From assembly GCA_036338595.1 (NCBI GenBank), contig JAYZBV010000070.1, positions 1 to 52,119 of the forward strand: a stretch of 52,119 nucleotides of DNA, written 5' to 3'. The stretch is from Planctomycetota bacterium (lineage in GTDB: Bacteria; Planctomycetota; UBA8108; UBA1146). Position numbers and translations under genes: made by a program. Under the pieces are notes generated by a model. The model was not told the origin of the DNA. It searched no databases and saw only the letters and a list, made by a program, of their open reading frames with translations. The number at the start of each line of letters is the position of its first letter. Position 1 is the first letter of the stretch. Positions 45,493 through 52,119 of the stretch are shown piece after piece.

Positions 45493-46725
45493 TCAGGAAC
45501 CCGTGGCGAGACCGATACGATTGATCCGATCCGAGGTGATGGGAACATCGGGGTCCCCGGTGTAATAGAGCAGGAATCTCGGGTACGGGATGCCGTTGAT
45601 GTCAGTTCCAGGGTAATTGTTGGGCTGGATCACGGCGGGCTGCTTCAGGTCGTCAGAATCGAAGAGGGGTGGCGACACCAGGTCAGAAGATGGGTCGAGA
45701 ACCGGAATCTGGAAGCCGCTCCAGCTGTAGCCGTCGAGACTGGTGGCATAACCGATGACGGTGTCATTATCGATTCCGCTGCGAGCCCCCTCGTAGAAGA
45801 GCATCCACTCGATCAGGTTGCCGAGCGAATCCCGCTCGATGGCGATGGTCGGGGCGTGGACCGCAAAGTCATCAAAAGTACCGGGACCGCCGCTGAAACT
45901 GGGCGCAGCAGGGGGCCCACTGAGGACCCCGTCGCGGATGGTCCAGGCGATTCCATCATCGGAGAACGCCATGCCGATTACCGAACTGCCATCGGTGCGC
46001 ACGACCTCGAACGCCATCCGGAAAGCGTCAAAGGGCTCGTTGGTCTTGAGTACACTGGGATCGGCGACACGAACCACCGTTCCGAATGCGGCGCCCGGTT
46101 CCACGCCGGTGCAAAAGATCGGTGCCGTCCAGGTGATGCCGTCCTGCGACGAGCAGGTGAGAATCGCGCTCTGGAGGCTGAACGCGTTGACTCCGAAGGT
46201 CCCCTCGAACCACATCTGATATCTTCCGGGGCTGTTCACCAGCACGGAGTGGTCGACGATGACGGTTGGATCCCCGGCGCCGTAGGGTGCGATCGGAGTG
46301 CCGTTATCGATCAGATCCGGCATGCTGGCTGCACTCATCACCACGGTCCTGCCGATGACGAGAGGATCGAGGTTTTCCTCGGTGGATGAGACCACCGCAA
46401 TGACATAGTTGAGCAGCGCATCGGTGCCCTCATAGAAGAGCAGGAAGCGGTCGCCAAAGATGGGGACGCGGCTCGGATCCTCGATGACACAGGGACTATC
46501 GACCTCGAAGTAATCAAAATCAGTGGGGACGCTGAGCGGATCTGCCGTGGCGCGATCGGAGAGAATCGGCTCGACCCGGTTGGTCAACGGGTCGCGATGT
46601 TTCGACAGGTCCAGAACGGGTTGCGGGGCCGGTGGTGTACCGGCTCCACCACAACCAGAGATGGCCAGGAAGAACGCTGTTGCGGCCAATATTAGAGAGA
46701 TGGTGCAGATACGGACTCTCTGCAT
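45493..46725 (-). CDS. Lipoprotein with five-bladed beta-propeller, glycoside hydrolase-like (GH43/GH130/GH32-type fold)
   Basis: ATG at 46725 follows AGGAG. Lipobox ISG-C. Five blade motifs (SPCVI, DPTVI, DPSVL, APTIA, QPAVI), each followed by a .(M/L).(F/Y)(E/T)-type strand. S.DG..W Asp-box-like turns. Confidence 0.65.
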   Translation of the reverse strand: MQRVRICTISLILAATAFFLAISGCGGAGTPPAPQPVLDLSKHRDPLTNRVEPILSDRATADPLSVPTDFDYFEVDSPCVIEDPSRVPIFGDRFLLFYEGTDALLNYVIAVVSSTEENLDPLVIGRTVVMSAASMPDLIDNGTPIAPYGAGDPTVIVDHSVLVNSPGRYQMWFEGTFGVNAFSLQSAILTCSSQDGITWTAPIFCTGVEPGAAFGTVVRVADPSVLKTNEPFDAFRMAFEVVRTDGSSVIGMAFSDDGIAWTIRDGVLSGPPAAPSFSGGPGTFDDFAVHAPTIAIERDSLGNLIEWMLFYEGARSGIDNDTVIGYATSLDGYSWSGFQIPVLDPSSDLVSPPLFDSDDLKQPAVIQPNNYPGTDINGIPYPRFLLYYTGDPDVPITSDRINRIGLATGS

Positions 46726-47082
46726 TCTGAGCTCCTGACTGGTGGCTGGGTGACCAATTTCAGCGGCCAACATACCTGATTCTGTCATCGAGAGGCTGGA
46801 AAGCGCCCACCGGGCAGGGAAACAATTGCCGGGATTCCAAGAGTCAGGAAAGGAAGGTGCCCAAACCAAGTAATGACAGGTATGAGATGTATCCATCGGC
46901 ACCATTCGGTCATAACATGGAGATATCGCGTGTTATACCGTAGTTCCCGCCCATTTATGGGTTACTGACTGGCGCTCTGTTTCTGCGAAGTAGTGCATTG
47001 GAATGCAACATCGGATGGCATCTTCTGGGTGCGATCCCTTGGAGGGACTCCAGTCGGTCCAGTCGAGTTGAAATGAGACCCG

Positions 47083-50000
47083 ATGCAGATTCATCAGCGA
47101 CCTGGTTTAGCGACGAACAGATGCCTCTCATGGGTGCTCTGCATCTGCATCCTGGGGATCGGTACGATCGGATTCTGCGACGAGCGAGGCTCGGATCTGG
47201 ATCCGACCTCCTACTCCTATCTGTGGGGGGAAACCAGGGTCAAACTCGAGGTCGATTCGAGCCGTATTGCGCTCTATCAACCCGATGCAACTCGTACCCT
47301 CGATGCCATCCAGCAACAACTGGCCGAACTCGGGCTGATTACGACGCAGGAAGCGATCGAACAGACGCCCTATCCGGGGTTATACCTGATCGAGACTGCC
47401 CCACAGAAAGCAGCCGAGGCACTGGTCATCCTCGATCATCTGGCCACGGGTTGGGCCTCGCCTTGCCTCGATTTCAGGGGACGCCTTCACATTCCTCGCG
47501 CCGAAATCCTGGCCACTCTCGATGGGGATGATCCCGCTTCCTATACACGTGTGCTGGCACAGCAGGATCTGCATCTGATCCAGGAACTCCCATCGGTGAG
47601 CCCGCTGCTACACCTCTCCTTCGATGGTCCACCCAGGCTGGTCGAGGCGAGGATCCGACGACTGCTGGAGGTCGATGGCGTGGTGGCGGCGAGCCCGAAT
47701 TTCATCATGCATCTGGCGCCGATGGCGGTTCCCAACGATCCCTTTTTTGGAGCTCAGTGGCATCTGGAAAATACAGGGCAGGCCGGCAATGTAGGTATCG
47801 ATATCGATGCTGCATCGGCCTGGGGAATCCAGACGGGTTCACTCGGCGTGAGGATTTCCATCATCGATGAAGGTGTGGATGTATTCCACGAGGATCTGGC
47901 CGCACATATCGTCGCCGGCCACGATTCCACCAATCAGGCCAGCCCCGCGGGAGTGGCGGGAAACTGCGCGACCACGGATGGACATGGAACTGCCTGCGCC
48001 GGTCTTGCTGCAGGCATCGGTGACAATTCGATCGGCATCTCCGGAGTTGCGTGGAGTGCCGAGATTCAGCCGGTGAGACTCGGCTTTGGTAACCACTGGA
48101 CAGAGAACGCCTGGATCATCGATGCGATCACCTGGGCAGCCAGCGACCCCAACGATGCCACGACACCTGGCGGCGGAGGCGATATCCTCTCCAACTCCTG
48201 GGGCGGGGGGGCACCCAGCGCTGCAGAGCAGGCTTCTCTCCAGTATGCACTCGAGGTGGGTCGGGACGGAATGGGTTGTGTGCTGGTGTTTGCCAGCGGA
48301 AACGATAATGCAGGAGTCTCCTGGCCCGCTGCGTACCCTGAGGCGATCGCAGTGGGAGCCAGTAGCCCCTGCGATGAGCGAAAGAGCCCATCTTCCTGCG
48401 ACGGGGAAGACTGGTGGGGCAGTAACTTCGGGCCCGAGCAGACCATCGTGGCTCCAGGTGTGCTGATGGCCACCACCGATATCACGGGAGCCGGTGGCTA
48501 TGTCACCACGGGGACAACTTCCAACTATGTCGGCAATTTCAATGGTACATCTTCTGCAACTCCTGTTACCGCAGGTGCGCTGGCGATTGTACTGGCCCAG
48601 GATGGCACGCTCACGGCGGCGCAGGTTCGAACCATTCTCGAGACCAGCAGTGACGACCAGGTAGGTCCCCCTGCCGAAGACACTCCGGGATTTGATAATA
48701 ATTTCGGTCATGGTCGAATCAATCTGGCCAACATGTTGGCTCTGATGGGAGGTCCGACAGCGCCCAGCAGTGTCACCTGTTCCGAGGAAGTCATCGGGGT
48801 CCAGGTCAGCTGGACCAACGGTGAGGCCTACGATCAGCTTCGCGTCAGTCGTGACGGAACATTGCTGGCCACGCTTGCAGGTTCAGCGACCGGATACCTC
48901 GACCTGTCGGTTCCCATCGGACAGCACATCTGGGAAGTCCAGGGCCTCACCGGTGGCGCTCCGAGCCTCTCCGGATCCTGTAATTTGTTCCTGCTCGGGG
49001 CGATCAGGGATCTGGTCTGGGCACCGGAAACGGGAACCACTGACTCGGGTACCGCTCTGGTCAACGCACTGGTCGCTTCCGGCCGTAGTGTCGTGACCGC
49101 CGGATCCATCTTCGCTCTGCCTGATCTCGATCGACTCGACCGGATCTGGGTACAACTGGGGATGTTTCCCAACAACCATGTCCTCACAGCTGCAGAGTCC
49201 GATGTCCTCGATGCTTTCCTGACCAATGGTGTCGGTGGAAACGCGCTATTCATGGAAGGTGGAGACACCTGGTTCTTTGACACGCAGACGACGGTTCATG
49301 GTCGATTCGGAATCACGGCGCTCTCGGATGGAGCCTCGGTAGACAATCTGGGTCAGGTGCTCGGTGCCACGGCGGGCGGTTGCGATCTCTCGGGACTCTC
49401 GTTCGCTTACATCGGCGAAAATTCCTGGGTGGATCGACTCTCAGCGAATGCGGGAGCTTTCGTTGTTCAGTCCAATGAAACCCCTGTCTACGATGTCTCG
49501 GTGTTCCAGAGTGCTGGCGGTTTCTTCACATTAGGAAGCGCTTTTGAACTCGGTGGGCTGAGCGAAGCCACCTCTACCCACCTGCAACTGGTCGAGGCGA
49601 TCATCGCCTGCCTGGGTGAGACCCTTTCAGGGCCCACCAATCTCAGTTGCTCCGCTGCAGGGAATACGGCCACCATCTCCTGGACCAATCCAGGCGGCTG
49701 GGATTCGGTCGAACTCTCCGTCGATGGAGCCGCTCCCCAGGTCCTGGCAGGGTCCTCGACAGGAACCACGATTTCAGGACTCGCCAGCGGATCCCATACC
49801 GTCGAGGTGGTGGCTGTTGTAGGTGTCGACAGTACACCCGCGGTGGCATGTACCTTCGGTGTCGACCCGTCAGCTCCTTCTGGACTGGCATGCCAGAGCC
49901 AGGGATTCGATGTCGCCCTCTCCTGGACCAATACCGAAACCTACGAGAGTATCGAGGTGCTACGCGGTGGACAGGTGGTTGCGACTCTTGCAGCGTCTGC

Positions 50001-52119
50001 GACATCTCATGTCGATCCGGCTCCCGGTGGAGGCGTGCACCAGTACTTTGTTCAGGGGATTGTCGGGGGCTTCAACAGTTCACCCGCGAGTTGTGGAGTG
50101 ATCATCGACCCCTTGCCGGTGACTGCGCTCAGTTGCGCACGAGTCGGTGATACCGTCAATCTGGCCTGGACCAACTCGGAACTCTACGACTCGATCAGCC
50201 TGTTACGAGCAGGCGTTCTCATCCAGACTCTCACTGGCACTGCGACATCCACCACGGATGTTCCTGGAGCAGGGATTCAATCCTATGTGGTGCGAGCAAC
50301 CATCTCGTCGGTGAATTCTGGCGATGTCGCCTGCTCCGCAGCGGTACCTCCCGCTGCTCCGATAGCCTTCAGTTGTGATGCTGCCTCGGGAGTGTCCACC
50401 CTTCAGTGGACCAATGGCGCTGCCTACAATCAGCTCTCCGTGACTCGTGATGGCGTTCAGATTACGCTGCTCGCGGGTAATGCGACCAGTTTCACTGACA
50501 ACCCTGGATCGGGGCAATTCCTCTATGGAATCTCCGGTTCGCTCGGCGGAGTATCGAGTTCAGAGACAACCTGTACTGCGACCAGTGCCCCCGATCCGGT
50601 CACGGCACTCGATTGTTCACAGAGTGCCGGAACCGTCTCGATCTTCTGGTCGGAAGGTGCCGGGATCGATGGGGTTGAGATCGAGAGGGATGGAGTACTG
50701 GTGGCGACCGTTGCGCCGCTCACCGGTTTTTTCCAGGAGTCGGGTGTGACCCCGGGAACGAGGTTGTATTCACTACGGACGACCAGTGGAGCACTGAGTT
50801 CGCCCGTCAATAGCTGCCAGGTGATTTTGCCGCCCGGTTCCGTGACGGCATTGACCTGTGTCAGCAATCAGCCGCTGACGGCACAACTCGATTGGACTTC
50901 CCCTGCAGGAGCGACCTCGATCACCATCCTCAGGGATGGTGTGCTGCTCGACACTGTGGATGCGGCGACCACCAGTTATCTGGACGCTGCAGCACCTGCG
51001 GGAATTCCCATTTACACGTTGAGTGGCGCTGTGGATGGCGTCTCTGGACCTACAGCCAGCTGTGGAGTCGCGGTCGATGCACCCGCACCACCACCGGTTG
51101 CCAGTTTCTCCACTTCGGTGACCTCGGGCATCGTACCGCTGAATGTCGCATTTACGGATTCGAGTACAGGTTCCATCGACAGTTGGGCCTGGACCTTCGG
51201 AGATGGGGGCTCGTCGACGCTGCAGAGTCCGACTCACCTGTACGAGAGCGCTGGATCCTTCACCGCGGTGCTGCAGTTGACCGGTCCCGGTGGAACCGAC
51301 TCGGCGAGCATCCTGATCACGGTAGATGAGCCGGCCCCGATCGCCGACTTCTCCGGCACTCCGACCAGTGGCACGCATCCGTTGACGGTGGCCTTCACCG
51401 ATCTTTCCGGTGGTGGACCGAGCACCAGCTGGGCGTGGGACTTTGGCGACGGGTCATCCTCGACGGGTCAGAATCCGGGTCACACATATCTTGCTGCGGG
51501 TAGTTACGCCGTCACGCTGACGGCGACGGGACCCGGTGGCAGCGACACGCTGACTCGTGGCGGTTACATCACGGTGGCGGAACCGGCACCGATCGCCGAC
51601 TTCTCCGGCACTCCGACCAGTGGTATCCATCCGCTGACGGTGGCCTTCACCGATCTCTCCGGGGGTGGACCGAGCACCAGCTGGGCCTGGAACTTTGGCG
51701 ACGGCTCCTCCTCGACCAGTCAGAATCCGGGTCACACGTATCTTGCTGCGGGTAGTTACGCCGTCACGCTGACGGCGACGGGACCCGGTGGCAGCGACCC
51801 GCTGACTCGTGGCGGTTACATCACGGTGGCGGAACCGGCACCGATCGCCGACTTTTCCGGCACCCCGACCAGCGGAACACACCCTTTGACGGTGGCCTTC
51901 ACCGATCTGTCGGCAGGTGGCCCCTCCACGAGTTGGGCATGGGACTTTGGCGACGGATCATCCTCGACCAGTCAGAACCCGGGTCACACCTATCTTGCCG
52001 CGGGCAGTTACGCCGTCACGCTGACGGCGACGGGACCCGGTGGCAGCGACACGCTGACTCGTGGCGGCTACATCACGGTGGCGGAACCGGCACCGATCGC
52101 CGACTTCTCCGGCACTCCG
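47083..52119 (+). CDS. Large secreted S8 (subtilisin-like) serine peptidase with FN3/Ig-like modules and PKD repeats (3'-truncated, >1679 aa)
   Basis: Frame 1 is open from ATG 47083 (MQIHQRPG..WVLCICILGIG) to the window end. Motifs PNDP.F..QWHL, IIDEGVD (Asp at 47866), HGTACAG (His at 47983), SNSWG, ASGN and NGTSSATP (Ser at 48550). WDFGDG PKD repeats. Confidence 0.92.
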   Translation, partial: MQIHQRPGLATNRCLSWVLCICILGIGTIGFCDERGSDLDPTSYSYLWGETRVKLEVDSSRIALYQPDATRTLDAIQQQLAELGLITTQEAIEQTPYPGLYLIETAPQKAAEALVILDHLATGWASPCLDFRGRLHIPRAEILATLDGDDPASYTRVLAQQDLHLIQELPSVSPLLHLSFDGPPRLVEARIRRLLEVDGVVAASPNFIMHLAPMAVPNDPFFGAQWHLENTGQAGNVGIDIDAASAWGIQTGSLGVRISIIDEGVDVFHEDLAAHIVAGHDSTNQASPAGVAGNCATTDGHGTACAGLAAGIGDNSIGISGVAWSAEIQPVRLGFGNHWTENAWIIDAITWAASDPNDATTPGGGGDILSNSWGGGAPSAAEQASLQYALEVGRDGMGCVLVFASGNDNAGVSWPAAYPEAIAVGASSPCDERKSPSSCDGEDWWGSNFGPEQTIVAPGVLMATTDITGAGGYVTTGTTSNYVGNFNGTSSATPVTAGALAIVLAQDGTLTAAQVRTILETSSDDQVGPPAEDTPGFDNNFGHGRINLANMLALMGGPTAPSSVTCSEEVIGVQVSWTNGEAYDQLRVSRDGTLLATLAGSATGYLDLSVPIGQHIWEVQGLTGGAPSLSGSCNLFLLGAIRDLVWAPETGTTDSGTALVNALVASGRSVVTAGSIFALPDLDRLDRIWVQLGMFPNNHVLTAAESDVLDAFLTNGVGGNALFMEGGDTWFFDTQTTVHGRFGITALSDGASVDNLGQVLGATAGGCDLSGLSFAYIGENSWVDRLSANAGAFVVQSNETPVYDVSVFQSAGGFFTLGSAFELGGLSEATSTHLQLVEAIIACLGETLSGPTNLSCSAAGNTATISWTNPGGWDSVELSVDGAAPQVLAGSSTGTTISGLASGSHTVEVVAVVGVDSTPAVACTFGVDPSAPSGLACQSQGFDVALSWTNTETYESIEVLRGGQVVATLAASATSHVDPAPGGGVHQYFVQGIVGGFNSSPASCGVIIDPLPVTALSCARVGDTVNLAWTNSELYDSISLLRAGVLIQTLTGTATSTTDVPGAGIQSYVVRATISSVNSGDVACSAAVPPAAPIAFSCDAASGVSTLQWTNGAAYNQLSVTRDGVQITLLAGNATSFTDNPGSGQFLYGISGSLGGVSSSETTCTATSAPDPVTALDCSQSAGTVSIFWSEGAGIDGVEIERDGVLVATVAPLTGFFQESGVTPGTRLYSLRTTSGALSSPVNSCQVILPPGSVTALTCVSNQPLTAQLDWTSPAGATSITILRDGVLLDTVDAATTSYLDAAAPAGIPIYTLSGAVDGVSGPTASCGVAVDAPAPPPVASFSTSVTSGIVPLNVAFTDSSTGSIDSWAWTFGDGGSSTLQSPTHLYESAGSFTAVLQLTGPGGTDSASILITVDEPAPIADFSGTPTSGTHPLTVAFTDLSGGGPSTSWAWDFGDGSSSTGQNPGHTYLAAGSYAVTLTATGPGGSDTLTRGGYITVAEPAPIADFSGTPTSGIHPLTVAFTDLSGGGPSTSWAWNFGDGSSSTSQNPGHTYLAAGSYAVTLTATGPGGSDPLTRGGYITVAEPAPIADFSGTPTSGTHPLTVAFTDLSAGGPSTSWAWDFGDGSSSTSQNPGHTYLAAGSYAVTLTATGPGGSDTLTRGGYITVAEPAPIADFSGTP
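51331..52119 (+). repeat. Near-identical 252-bp tandem repeats encoding 84-aa PKD domains
   Basis: Units start at 51331, 51583, 51835 and 52087 (partial). Each reads PAPIADFSGTPTSG.HPLTVAFTDLS.GGPSTSWAW.FGDGSSST.QNPGHTYLAAGSYAVTLTATGPGGSD.LTRGGYITVAE. Confidence 0.95.

Noticed and set aside
42631..46389. Plus-strand ORFs 42631-43614 and 45220-46389
   Set aside because: Antisense to the kinase and lipoprotein genes, with no domain signal.
46726..47082. A second sigma54 promoter in the divergent intergenic region
   Set aside because: By eye I found no TGGC..TTGC with GG-N10-GC spacing on either strand.
47839..51882. Minus-strand ORFs over the right end (47839-48711, 50773-51378, 51454-51882)
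   Set aside because: Shadows of the plus-strand S8/PKD gene. The internal repeat in 51454-51882 simply mirrors the PKD array.
51331..52119. Possible CRISPR array
   Set aside because: The units are 252-bp in-frame coding repeats with no unique spacers, and no cas genes are present.

Overview
GC-rich bacterial window, probably Planctomycetota (inferred from planctomycete-style dockerin/cohesin secreted proteins). Left end: an UbiA-like gene tail, a PAC2-family gene, a mitochondrial-type aconitase and two secreted cohesin/dockerin-like proteins. From 46725 down to 6967 every gene is on the minus strand, in two blocks. Block 1 (27479-46725) is an uncharacterised sigma54-type glyco-modification/export locus: beta-propeller lipoprotein, beta-helix lipoprotein, HAMP histidine kinase, bEBP response regulator, a sigma54 promoter with four TGGC-N8-GCCN upstream sites, three glycosyltransferases, an ABC exporter, two APH-like kinases, a DUF5666/AlgE-like porin and a second, paralogous beta-helix lipoprotein. 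Block 2 (6967-27311) is a translationally coupled pfaD-pfaA-pfaBC-oleABCD-PPTase operon, predicted to make polyunsaturated long-chain olefins. The right end holds a >1679-aa secreted S8 peptidase, missing from the ORF track, that runs off the window inside 252-bp PKD tandem repeats. No rRNA, tRNA, CRISPR array or mobile element was recognised.
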